NCBI GenBank assembly: GCA_964621085.1
Contig: CAZUKY010000002.1
Coordinates: 22,637-86,636, forward strand
From: an uncultured Gammaproteobacteria bacterium
Lineage (GTDB): Bacteria > Patescibacteriota > Patescibacteriia > JACQRZ01
DNA: 64,000 nucleotides
Reading direction: 5' to 3'
Part shown: positions 8,901 to 19,200 of the stretch, piece by piece
Layout of the letters: the number at the start of each line of letters is the position of its first letter
Position numbering within the stretch: the first letter of the stretch is position 1
Notes under the pieces: model-generated
The model's input: only the letters and a program-made list of their open reading frames with translations
The model's database searches: none
Told to the model about the DNA's origin: nothing
Translations under genes and position numbers: made by a program

Positions 8901-9131
8901 ATTCATCCTGGTGACTACCTCACGGCTTCATCAAGAAAGGGGTATGCGATGAAGGCAACCGAACCCGGCCCCATAATCGGCATCGCGCTTGAGTCCTATA
9001 CTTCGAGAACGTCAACAGAAAAGATCATGATGTTCGTGAATACTTCGGAAGGAAATACAGAACTGGTCACCCAGGAGTTATTGAAGCTTCGCAAGGAACT
9101 GGACGAGGTGAAGAAAAAGCTTCGAAAATAA
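5955..9131 (+). CDS. Phage tail-fibre-like secreted protein with C-terminal intramolecular-chaperone-like domain
   Basis: Signal peptide (..MPSQFSKRGWALLTAVGAIFALLTATASSTFAQP). The alternative start at 5979 is in frame. Five copies of the x-V-G-I-G-T-x-x-P-x-x-K/A-L motif (GNVGIGTATP, GNIGIGTADP, GNVGIGTISP, ASVGIGTNDP, GYVGIGTMQP) typical of tail-fibre-domain proteins. The C-terminus (PVALSGRVPVKV..GPIHPGDYLTASSRKGYAMKATEPGPIIGIALESY) resembles peptidase G2 / S74-type auto-processing chaperone domains. Terminal coiled coil is ELLKLRKELDEVKKKLRK. Confidence 0.55.
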   Translation: MRHFLTYPMPSQFSKRGWALLTAVGAIFALLTATASSTFAQPKSTEGPSATLNELLEDETLKKVINRGATDQSRNDASEYTGPIIFGGSLEVRGGLKGVPDSADPSDPKKNKLLLQKDGGNVGIGTATPINAALEVVKAGGVQGRFAYDADRYIDIIGNVGVKLRSADSQNNPLEIVKEGKGELVFKTGLNGATAARLIILQDGNIGIGTADPKNKLTIGSSNKIQETKGLGLGADQNVVELVHSTYGNGYGSKLYGRDFGNGGTGLAIATRGNTGTWTDAVTIRADDATGGKNGNVGIGTISPNAALAIFRNGVNAAIDLGSKGENGNYWSLRHDGSDDRLAFWFKDGGDKLSLGKDGVLSGNAFSSLAKQYDWVSLGARTMTSPQLAGIPLCGASNFNNPLEPICYTGSGSNYEFKERQGVAHPNTKQKDGTIATHALTAERKIAIGLPGSQQNALLNPSLEINQPFYSRIFLGATQYQPEAQHVKMVVDARGDGRLGGANMGQIGTISGHPLSLLTNDRERLRISEYGGAEIFASENNTNALVVNGTVRIKKVGNEHGGLYVDGPAQFRNGITFPQLDANGNPTATNLAYINQAGDAMFRNLQVNGTLTDKSGNEFKPIWSGDAAKAYLASGFENASVGIGTNDPKAKLHVEGDNGLMLSRAGNQTLGGGRIGLLVGSILNVIQSAGTGNLHISGGLVPGSDDPVRTSVILQPTDGYVGIGTMQPGEILALGGSKPAIDLGAGTENRELNAGKIAYQRWSDGLDIVGAGGPNVADRKIYFYNEGGAFFNGDVQLSATKTLRSSGRMHITGEENLYLLNKGGVVVSNAWGGNGSLTVDGKTTIGNASTRGQVMLEVLGKAEIHGDVNLKLSSANNPLAKKGSYLAYDPKVQGFDIAEKFSTDSDVEPGDVLVAGKKSNTLTLSSRQYQKGAIGVVSTSPAIVFEGGEIKLAAEARFSKGKNPPVALSGRVPVKVTLENGPIHPGDYLTASSRKGYAMKATEPGPIIGIALESYTSRTSTEKIMMFVNTSEGNTELVTQELLKLRKELDEVKKKLRK

Positions 9132-9232
9132 CAACCACTCATCTAATCCGCAGCATAAGGCGAAGCGATGACGTGATCCGTATATGAGCAAACGGAATCA
9201 GCGCTCTCGCTTCGCCTCTTCAGTAGAAAGGC

Positions 9233-12200
9233 ATGAAACCGTCAGCGCAAAATAATATATTCGCCAAGGGATTCCTCGGAATCCTTTTTGGCGTTTTAGC
9301 TACTGGTATTATCGGTTTCTTTCTCAACGTGGACCCAATTCAGGCCGCTTGGTGTATTACAAAAGGGGAAAAAACGGACTGCATCCCGAACTTCAATTAT
9401 ACAAGCGGCACGCCCGTCAATCAAACCTATCAAATCGAAGGAAAGACAGCTGATCCGAATAAGAAGTGGACGATAACGAACCAGCGTTCCGGCTATTGCA
9501 ATAATAATGTCTGTGTCAACGATCTTGGTCTGCCGAAATTTGAGATGGTTTCCCGAGGAGATGATAACGATACGGATGATAAGATCCAAATACGCCTGAG
9601 GGTCCAGGGCAACACCGGAAGCTATTGGTATGTACGAAAAAATAGTGGATACAGTAACGATGACGGGTACCCGAATACCGGAGATCCCCAAGAAGATCGA
9701 GGTCTTTCAAGGATCCAATACGATGGTATTCAAGGATTAAGAGGCGGGAATTACGCGCAAAATCTTTGTCCCGGGGATAATGGCAGTAGCTGGGACGACA
9801 AATTCGATGTCACTCAGGCAGGCGGATATTTTACTGCGGAAGCACCAGGACCGCGTACGTGCTATGACTCAAAGCTCGTCACTGTAACACATAAGGCGCC
9901 GCAGCAAGTTACAGACCCGAAACATCAGGACACATGGCGAGTGTATGTGTATAGCCCCCAGGATGGGATGATGCACTATACAGATCACACAGACGCTGGT
10001 ACTTATCCGAATGGGTGGAATGCCTATTGGAATAACTGCTGGAAGGGATGGCCATTAAATTGTGAAGGTCGCTGGGAGCAGCCACGCTATCCGGAGTGCG
10101 GCTGCGGCAAAAATGACCCCACTGAAAAGCTCTGTATAAGTTACGGCGTGGCCGGCTTACAATCAAACAATAACTGCTACGACTTCTTTAAAAAGCACAT
10201 CGGCTTTGGGACGAAAACAGAAAATTCTAAAACAGTGACAGAGATGAGGTACCGCGAGGTTACCACGGTGCCCCGATTTAGTCTCGCTACGCTCAACAAT
10301 AAAACTGCATATGCTCCCCATAGAGAAGGTGCGGTATGGCCTGACAATACCTACTTACTCTACTATGATACAAAGAATTTAAATCGAACGGACGGGGCAA
10401 AAAATAAGGTAAAGGCCGTTCAGAACGAGCAGCCGGTTTTTTCCGATCTTAACAAGTGCATTTTTGACCGTAAATTTCTTGAAGTAACACATCATGGTTC
10501 GTACACTGATTATGTTGTTCAAGCGGAAGGACTTCTCGGCAACAGGTTCATCGGATGGCTTTTGTTAAGCCGCGATGAACAAAATGCTATAAAACAAAAG
10601 ATTCTTACGCATGATAAAAGGTTCTACGACAGATCTATAAAAGACGCGCAAAATGAGGAACAAGTAGGGCTGGTACTCATGAGTTTTAAAGCCACCGATG
10701 CATTCAAAAATGACGTCATCAATTCCAAGTTACTAAAAGAGAAGGAGTTTAACGTCATATTCAAGGGAGTATCGCAAACCGTCCAGGCGGCTACCGAAGT
10801 CCCCAAAGAAAAAGATGAGGGCATTGCATGTCGCGCACAACTGCCCTCAGAGTTCGGCATGACCAGTACATATACGTACTTTACTGGTCCAGCTTCAATA
10901 CCGCCTGTTGAGATTCGTTCGTTTCGGGCGACAGCGGTCGGTCCGGATAGTGACTTTGTCGGCGAGACAACACAAGAGCTTACAAGTATTGGAAGCGGCG
11001 CTAATGTTCTCCCCGACCCAACTAATCGATTTTCGTCTGCGCGTGCTGACCTGAGTGCTGGCGCGGGCGAAGTATTGGATCTGCAGGCATACCAGGATAC
11101 CGTCAATCTCAGACTGGAGTGGCAAACTCCCTTTGCCGGCCGGGTACGGATTTTTCAAAAAGATGAGCGGCATGCGACGGCGACGGATCTCAGTCAGTTG
11201 GCGTGTTTGGGTAGATGGGGGGACATCATTGACAGTAATGACCCATGCCCGGCAAGGGGAGAAGTAACATCTGTACGGGAGCTTACGGTTGAGGGACTTC
11301 AGAGCAATAAGAACTATACGTTTTATATCGTCGTCGAAAATAAGCGCGGCGACAGCACCGCGCTACAGCCGACTCAGTGGGCTACAGCCGCCAGACTCGA
11401 CGTTACTGTCCGGCCGGCACCGATTGTCGTCACGAGCGCAACCGCGAAATACGTGAAAGGAAAGGAGAACTGCAAGAGTAATGCATTACCGGGCCAGACC
11501 AATACTCCGACCGAGTGCGCGGAAATTACCTGGAAAGTCGATGGTAGACCGACAGAGATAGTTCTTAAAGCGCCGAAAGGATGGAATAGGACAGTATGGA
11601 CAGACCATACATTCGCTTCGCACTCCTACACGTCAAACGGTGATTTTGACAGATATTTTCCTATTCATACAAGCGAAATCAATCGTTATCGCTCAAATTT
11701 TATCCTCATTGCAAAACGCGGCGATATTACATCGGCCGAGTTTCCTTTTGAGCTTCGAGGCGTGCCGCGCGATCCTATGACAATCGCGGCAGAAGGATGG
11801 AAGGATGGCAACAATGTTCGTGACAAGTCTCTTTTTGAGGCGATTCTCAATACCGACTGCGATGAGTGGTGGCCAGGTTTAGATTTGATATGCAGAGGAA
11901 CGACATTTAGCAGTATTTTTAATATCGCTCGTGAGTCAATATCGTCATCGCTCGCCGGTGCACTGGCAGTAGTGACTGGAGGTGCCGGCGCACTCCTTAA
12001 GCCGATTGTCGATTTTGTTCTAAGGGTTGTTGAGCCGATTGCCTTTGGATTGGTTGGTATGATAGGAAATTTAGTGCAGGCGAACAACGAGAATCTTATT
12101 GACTGGAAGAAGGACATTAATTGGCAGCCATTTCTCGGTTCCTTCGGACTGAGTTTCGCAGTCAATTCATTTACCGGCGTGCTTCAGGCGATCTTTGGAA

Positions 12201-13069
12201 AATGTGCGGCAGCGCCCCTCGTTGGTGCAATTCACCAGGTTATTGATCTTGTCGGCACGCTCCTCAGAATCGCTGGAATTAATTTAGGCTGTCCGGATGG
12301 TGAAGAAAATAGCTGCGAAATGGGAGCAGATATGGGGAAGACAATGGGAATAATTGCCGGTGAAACAGTTTATTATGCAGTAACCGGCGATAACTCTTGG
12401 AAGCCAGAGGTCTGCCCTGGTGAAAAACCTCCGGAAGAGGAAGAAGATCCGTGTACTCCGAAGCCAGGCGAACCGTTCGATTACGCGAGATCGCAAGAGT
12501 GTTTTGGAGAGAAGTATCTGCCCCAACGCTATGGATGCAACGAAGAAAATAAGTGCGTGCCCGCTGAAGCCGGTACCTTTGCTGATCCGTTATGCAGTAA
12601 CACATGCGATGTGTCAAAAATTGTCGAGAAGAAGGTAACGGAAATAGTAAAAGAAGACACAAAATCAATATTTGACTGCTCGGGTACTGTGGATGGAACC
12701 GAAGTCGGTCAAGGTTATGGCGGTGAGCGATATGCTAACGAATACCAGTATAGAACGCGCTCAAAGAAAGCGGTTGCCGATGCGCTTATGTCAGCATATT
12801 ATGTTGCGACGTGTGGTAAATTTTGCCTGAGAAAGGACGCGGCTCTTAGTTGTTCTGAGGATCTCTACAACAATAATAAAAACAATTTCGATTCAATATT
12901 TAATACCGCAGATTCGTATATTGATGACAAAAATAGACGGAATCTAAGTACCAAGGTGCATGATAATCTGTTCCGTGATACGTTTGATGGTCTCATGAAA
13001 GAGGCAGCTTCATGCGGCATTAAAGATGTTACTAGGTTTATTCCCGTCCCCTGCGCATTCGCACAATAA
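9233..13069 (+). CDS. Large Cys-rich membrane-anchored hypothetical protein (1278 aa)
   Basis: N-terminal TM helix (FAKGFLGILFGVLATGIIGFFLNV). Many Cys throughout. Internal Gly/Ala-rich hydrophobic segment (AGALAVVTGGAGALLKPIVDFV..FGLVGMIGNL). Visibly AT-richer than flanking genes. No family recognised. Confidence 0.5.
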   Translation: MKPSAQNNIFAKGFLGILFGVLATGIIGFFLNVDPIQAAWCITKGEKTDCIPNFNYTSGTPVNQTYQIEGKTADPNKKWTITNQRSGYCNNNVCVNDLGLPKFEMVSRGDDNDTDDKIQIRLRVQGNTGSYWYVRKNSGYSNDDGYPNTGDPQEDRGLSRIQYDGIQGLRGGNYAQNLCPGDNGSSWDDKFDVTQAGGYFTAEAPGPRTCYDSKLVTVTHKAPQQVTDPKHQDTWRVYVYSPQDGMMHYTDHTDAGTYPNGWNAYWNNCWKGWPLNCEGRWEQPRYPECGCGKNDPTEKLCISYGVAGLQSNNNCYDFFKKHIGFGTKTENSKTVTEMRYREVTTVPRFSLATLNNKTAYAPHREGAVWPDNTYLLYYDTKNLNRTDGAKNKVKAVQNEQPVFSDLNKCIFDRKFLEVTHHGSYTDYVVQAEGLLGNRFIGWLLLSRDEQNAIKQKILTHDKRFYDRSIKDAQNEEQVGLVLMSFKATDAFKNDVINSKLLKEKEFNVIFKGVSQTVQAATEVPKEKDEGIACRAQLPSEFGMTSTYTYFTGPASIPPVEIRSFRATAVGPDSDFVGETTQELTSIGSGANVLPDPTNRFSSARADLSAGAGEVLDLQAYQDTVNLRLEWQTPFAGRVRIFQKDERHATATDLSQLACLGRWGDIIDSNDPCPARGEVTSVRELTVEGLQSNKNYTFYIVVENKRGDSTALQPTQWATAARLDVTVRPAPIVVTSATAKYVKGKENCKSNALPGQTNTPTECAEITWKVDGRPTEIVLKAPKGWNRTVWTDHTFASHSYTSNGDFDRYFPIHTSEINRYRSNFILIAKRGDITSAEFPFELRGVPRDPMTIAAEGWKDGNNVRDKSLFEAILNTDCDEWWPGLDLICRGTTFSSIFNIARESISSSLAGALAVVTGGAGALLKPIVDFVLRVVEPIAFGLVGMIGNLVQANNENLIDWKKDINWQPFLGSFGLSFAVNSFTGVLQAIFGKCAAAPLVGAIHQVIDLVGTLLRIAGINLGCPDGEENSCEMGADMGKTMGIIAGETVYYAVTGDNSWKPEVCPGEKPPEEEEDPCTPKPGEPFDYARSQECFGEKYLPQRYGCNEENKCVPAEAGTFADPLCSNTCDVSKIVEKKVTEIVKEDTKSIFDCSGTVDGTEVGQGYGGERYANEYQYRTRSKKAVADALMSAYYVATCGKFCLRKDAALSCSEDLYNNNKNNFDSIFNTADSYIDDKNRRNLSTKVHDNLFRDTFDGLMKEAASCGIKDVTRFIPVPCAFAQ

Positions 13070-13112
13070 AAAGAGGAGCTCTAGGGCGGAGCGCTGATGC
13101 GGTGAATGAACC

Positions 13113-13148
13113 TATCCCCACAACAAACAGAACAGGGAGTGGTATGAT
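13113..13148 (+). promoter_or_regulatory. Putative promoter: TATCCCCA, 19-nt spacer, TGGTATGAT
   Basis: tatcccca(13113-13120), 19 nt, tggtatgat(13140-13148). Lies about 70 nt upstream of the giant protein gene. Confidence 0.45.
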
Positions 13149-13217
13149 AGAAGTGCCGTTCTTATTTGAACGGCAGGGCGTTTACCGCCATTTTAGGCAA
13201 CGTATATCAAGAGGCGC

Positions 13218-16200
13218 GTGCCCGTATTTTTGAGACATCATCGGCTGGTTTTCGCTGCCGGGGTTTTGGCCCTTGGCGGGTTTTTTGGCGTTCCCGTACT
13301 TGCGAATGCTCTTAGCGTCATGGTGGCAACGCCATTTCGAATCAGTACGCCTATCAACGGAACGGTGGTCACACTGCCGGAAGCGAAAGTGACGGTTCCA
13401 ATTACTGTTGTGTCGCCAGGCGACCAATATGCTGGCGTTACGGTTACCGCAGAGATCCGTTCGGCAAGCGGTGATGTGCGGACGCTTCCGATGAGTGTTT
13501 CATCGACCGGTGCAGCCGGAACGACATTTTCTGCGCAGTGGACTGCCACGACCGTCGGGAGCTACCTGATCACTGCGCGCGCAACGCAGTCCGGGTATAA
13601 TGACCGGGTCAGTGCGCCGGTTCGCGTGAATATCATCTCTCCGTCCGGAAACGCATCAGGGCGCATTTCCGGCGCTTTTACGCAGAGTGCCGCCAAGCAA
13701 GCCGGAAAATTCGACGTCATTCCTGGAACAGATGCAGGTGCAATTCCTGGTGACTACCGCCGGCCGCGCATTGGGCCCGTTCTGCCGCCGATCTTTGAGT
13801 TCAGTATTTCGGAACCGCTTGAACAGAAAGTGATGATGGATGTCAGTCTTTACGGCGCCGAAGCGCGAAAAGCCGCGGCAGAGAACTCGCGATTCCTGCT
13901 TGATTGGAGTGCAAATACTATTGCTCGCGAGCTGTCTGCCGGTGCACAGGAACGCATTCCGATCTATCGGAATGGCGCTGCTATTGTGCTCTCTGTTGGG
14001 CAAGTCAACCAAAATGCATACATCGATCTCTACTCCGCGCCGTACTATGACGGAGTTGCCGATGATATCGAGGATCCGATAAAATCAGTTCCCGGTTTTC
14101 AGAAACTGAAGGCCTGTCCGAATGCAGTCTCGTGCATTTTTTCTTTGGGGACAGCCAAGAACGGCCGGCATATCGTAGTCGCTCGTGTCAGTGCGAATGG
14201 CATCTCGCGCTTCTCATATCGTCTTGTCGAGGTGCGCGGGCAGAATGCGGCGCCGATTGTTGCAATGAGTCTTCTGAGCGATCAGAAACCATTTCTCCTG
14301 CCGCAAAAATTGAACATCCGAGTAGATGTGGCAGATGCTGACTCGGATCGCAATGCCGCTGGCAGCCCCATCGAGCGAGTGATTATTTTTGCGGGAGACA
14401 AAAAGATTGCCGAACTCGAAAAGCCAACACAAAATATTAATACGCGCACGGAAAAATTCAATTCTCTTTTTAAAGATCTCGATTTTTCGACGTACGCCAC
14501 ACTGCAGACGTATGCGGCCGAGTGGAAGGTTGAAAGCGGCCGCCATGACCTACGCGCGGTCGCAATCGACACCGAAGGCATGCCGTCAGATCCCTTTGTT
14601 ATTAAGGATTTCATTGCAACCGAGCGGCCGAAAGTTTCTGATCTTATCGTCGTCGGAAAGGAGCGTCCGTCGGATAGCGGTCCGTGGATCGTGCAAGAAG
14701 GAGAGGAGTTCACGTTGCAAGCAAAAGCGACAGACGACGGACGCATCGTGTCGATGGCATTTACGAGCGAACAAAAGGCGGCAGGCGGCGGATCCGCCTC
14801 GCCAGTTTCCGGTGAAGACAATCTGTATCGTCTCACCGTAAAGGATCGCGCCGCCGGCGCTGAATACGTATACGCCGGCATTGCACAGGATAACGAGGGG
14901 GTTACCAACGATCCTCTGCCGCGGATGACCGTCAAGATGAATAAGAAGCCGGATATCCGAGATCTGTCCCGTGATGCCGAGGAGTATCAGCCGAATACAA
15001 AAGTAACGCTTGCCGCACTTGCAAAGGACATCGATAGCGCGCTTTCATCCGTCGAGCTCGTTGATGCAAAGACAGGAGCCCGCATCGATTTCAAAGAAAA
15101 TATCGGCGCTTCAAAAAATACCGATTACGCCTACCGCTTCGAGTGGGTGCCGCCATGGAATGAAGATGCGAAAAATGTCGATCAGAGCGCGATGCACTCG
15201 CTTAAGCTCATCGTCCGGGATGCGGACGGCGGCGTTCGCGAGGCGACCTTCCCGACGGTGACCGTTCGCAACCGTGCGCCGTCCGTCACCAAATTTTCCG
15301 CCACAAAGGCGGTGTATCAGGATACCGAGCCCGTCGTCGTATCACTTGAGGCAATCGATAACGACAGTGGCATGAACGGCGTCACATTTGTCTTGAAAAA
15401 CACCGCCGGAACACTCAGTAAAAATTTCATTCTCAATGCCCCGACGCGGCCGGTGTCAGGCATTGATGTACGACGAGGCGGGGTGTATGAGGCCGAGATA
15501 AAAAATCTTGCGCCGGACTCCTACATCATAACGGCGATCGCTTCGGATATCGCTTCGCCCGCAAAAGCATCACCCGAACAGGTGGTGAGTGTCCGTGTCA
15601 ACGCGCCGCCGACGGCAGAAGGCCTGACGGTTTCCACTCCGCTCGTCCAACCGAACGTGCCCGCGACTTTTTCGATTATCGCGCGGGACAGCGACAGCGA
15701 CGTGAAAAGCGACAGTCGGATCGGGTCGGTGATGCTGCTGCGCGATGGTGTGGAAATCGCCGTCATGCGTCTGCGCGCTGGCAGTGGCGACACCTATGAA
15801 GCGAGCTGGACGCCGACCCTGTGGTCGCCAGACATTCCCGATCAGGCACAGCAGTATATCTCGAAAGGTTTTTCCGTACGGATCGAGGATACGGATAGGC
15901 GGCGCATCGAAAAAAAGACAGACATAACAGTAACCGTCAAGAATGATCCGCCTGCGCTTGTGCCGGATGGCAAGCAGCTGACCGAGCGGAGCGTCTATCA
16001 GAAGGGCGAGACCGTGACACTCTCGGCCGCTGTCAGTGATGCGGATAGCGGCGTTGCGCGCCTTCAGTTTTTCGCGAATGGGACGGCGATTCATACCATC
16101 GACAATCCTTCCCAAAAAGTTTCGTTCCAGTGGAAGCCGACTCCCGGAAGTTATGCCCTGACGGCAACGGCGACCGATCGCGCGAAACCGGTCAAGACGG

Positions 16201-19200
16201 CACAGTATCCGTCCGGAACCAATACGGTCGCAATCAAGGTCAACAATCCGCCGACGATCGATCGCATCGAGGTTGCGCCGAGTGCGCGCAAAACGGCGGA
16301 GTACCAGCCGAACGAACCGGTGAGCGTGACGGTCTACGCGACAGATGCGGACGGAAGCATTTCTCAGTCGGAGGTGCGCCTCATTGATGAGAAGGGAGCA
16401 AATCTCCCTATTGCGCTCAAGAAGGCAACACAAGCCGCAACAAAAGACGGCAAGGGAAACACGTATGCCTTCCAGATCGAGTGGCGTCCGACGTGGGCAG
16501 AGGATGGGGCGAATACAAACCAGTCGATGGTCTTTCCGTTCCGCGCGAGCGTGAAAGATAGCGACGGCGCGCAGCCCGAGGTTCTCGAGCAGTCGCGCGT
16601 AATAGTGAAGAACAGCGCACCGACAATTTCGGCTGCGGTAGCAAAGAGCGCGGCGAGCGACGGAAGATATTACGAGGGTGTCGACATTGCGCTTTCCGCG
16701 ACCGTGAAGGACGCCGAAGGAGAGGTTGGCGGCGTTACCTTCTATCGCGAGGAAGATAAAACGGCAATCGGCACTGGCGCGCGCGGCACGGCAGATACCT
16801 TCTCATACCTTTGGAAAAACGCGGCCGCAGGCACGCACCAGCTTTCCGTAAAAGCGATCGATAAAGCCCAACCGCCAAAGACCGCGCGGTATCCGGCAGC
16901 GGCAGGGCAGTTTATTCCGATTAAGGTGCTGGCAAAGCCGTCGATCGTATCCTTTACGGGTCCGACTCCCACCGTCGTTCATCTGAGCGGCGGAAACACA
17001 GGAACGGCGTCAATTCCGTTGGAATTGAAGGTGTCGGATCCGGACGGCATTGTGGCAAAGGCCGAGATCATCGGCAAGGGTGCGATGGCATCCGTGGGCA
17101 GCGGCACATATCGGTTGACGGTGTCGGAAACCGAACAAAAGATCCACTCCTATCGGGCGCGCCTCACCGACGCGATCGGCAGGACGTATGACTCGACGGT
17201 TGTCGCGGTGCGCGTCAACAAGCTTCCGACCGCAGCGATCGTGTCGCCGGCGGAAGCGGCAGTGTATTATCCAGGAACATCAGTCACGGTTACGATTGAC
17301 GCAGCCGATCCTGACGGTTCTGCTGACGGTGCGTCTGCAGGACCGGCAGAGAGCGCTAGATTGCGCGTAACGCATGGCGGCGCGACACAGGAATATCCTG
17401 CGCAGGCAGCGGGCGTGAACCGCTATACTGCAACCTTCAAAGTCGAGACAGAGGGATCTTATTCGCTTACGGCGATTTCCCGCGATAGAGATGACAAAGA
17501 CTCCCCTCTGTCTGCATCGCGGACGATCGTCGCGCAAAATGCAACGCCCGCAGTCAGCGATCTGAAGAGCGTGAAGAGCGTCTATCAGACCGGCGAGAAT
17601 GTAACGGTGTCACTCGATGCGCTGGATGCGGACAGCGGCATGGCGCGCGTCGAGTTCCTGTTGAACGGGAAGCAGACCGGCGGCGGCGCAATTTCTGAGC
17701 GAAAGGTGTCGGTAACAGCTGCCTCTGCTGGAAATGGATGTGCGGATAAGAATAAGAAGTGCACATATACCGCGAATTTCAGCGGCATTCCGGCTGGCGA
17801 GTACTCGGTGCGTGCGGTTGCATTTGACAAGGAGACTCCCGAAAAATTCGCAGCGACCGGAACAGCGGTATCCATGAAAGTTCACCGCACGCCGATCATC
17901 AGCGCATTCTCGGCAGGGAAGCCTCTCTATCAGAAAGGAGAGCGAGTGACTGTTTCGGCTACTGTGCAGGCGGACAACGGCATTGCGGGGAGCGGGTCGG
18001 CTAGTTTTGTGGAGTTCACCGCGAATGGCGCAAGAAAAGCAGTGCGGTATCCATCATCAGGCAACTGTTCGGCGGCATCATGCACGTTCAGCAGTGTCGA
18101 TCTCGGCGTTCTTTCGGACGGTGCGACCTATACGCTTAGCATTCGCGCCGTCGATACGGCAGGGAAGGCGAGCGCGACCGGCCAGTCTGGACAGGCAGCG
18201 ACCGCATCCGTCAAGGTGAATACGCCGCCGGCCGTTTCGGTAGCCGCAGCAGCACAGGGAAGAGATGCGGCAAATCAAGAGATCCGTTCGGATATTCCCG
18301 TAACAATTACGATTGCGCCCCGCGACAGTGACGGACAGATCGCTTCTGTGACACTGACGCAAGAGTACACGCCCTCGGGCTCATCAGCAGCGACGCGAAC
18401 CGTCGAGACGGCAACGCCGGGAAGTCGCCCTTCCGGTTGGGGGTATGACGCGCAGAGCGGAAACTTCACCCGAACGATCACGCCTGCCGCGGGATCGTAC
18501 AGCCTAACAGCTGTCACGCATGACACCGATGGCGCGCCGAGCGCGGTATCGAATACGATCGCGTTTATCGGAAGAAATGAAAAGCCCTCGATTGCGAGTA
18601 TGAATGCCAGCAAGGGCGTCTATCAGCAGGGTGAGTCGATCGGCGTTGAGGTGAAGGCGAAAGATGTTGATAGTGGCATGAAAGAAGTGGCATTTGTTCT
18701 CGGCGGTGATACGCGTGCCGTTCCAGCGACACAAGCGGCTGGCGGCGGTTGCGGTACGCGGGATAAGGAGTGCGTCTACGCGACAAGCTTTTCGAGTCGC
18801 AGTCCCGGCACCTATACGATTACGGCAACTGCTCGCGATACCGTGAATCCGCCTGGAGAGGCGGGCAGGACGGCAAGTTTCCGCGTGAATGCTGCTCCGT
18901 CCGGACGCATCTCTGCTCCCCAAACCGTCCAGATGAATGCAGGATTTACACTGATCCTGGATGCGACCGACAGCGACAGCAAATCGTCCGGTCCGGCAAG
19001 CGCATCAAATGGCATCAAGAGTGTTTCCTTCTCCGGTCCCGGCGTTGACAACGCGAGAATTGCGGTGAGCAACGTGACGGCAGGCGGCGCGCGCTACTCG
19101 TTGGCAGTTTCCGGGCAAGAGGCAGGCGGCCCCAAGTCGTATTCGGCAACAATCACAGACTGGGACGACAATAGCTTTACGACACCCGTCGCCGTTGTCG

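Noticed and set aside
5955-13069. Prophage interpretation of the tail-fibre-like gene and neighbours
   Set aside because: No capsid, portal, terminase, tail tube or sheath, integrase or repressor genes were recognised anywhere in the window. The neighbours are pilin-like and adhesin-like genes with shared host-type promoters.
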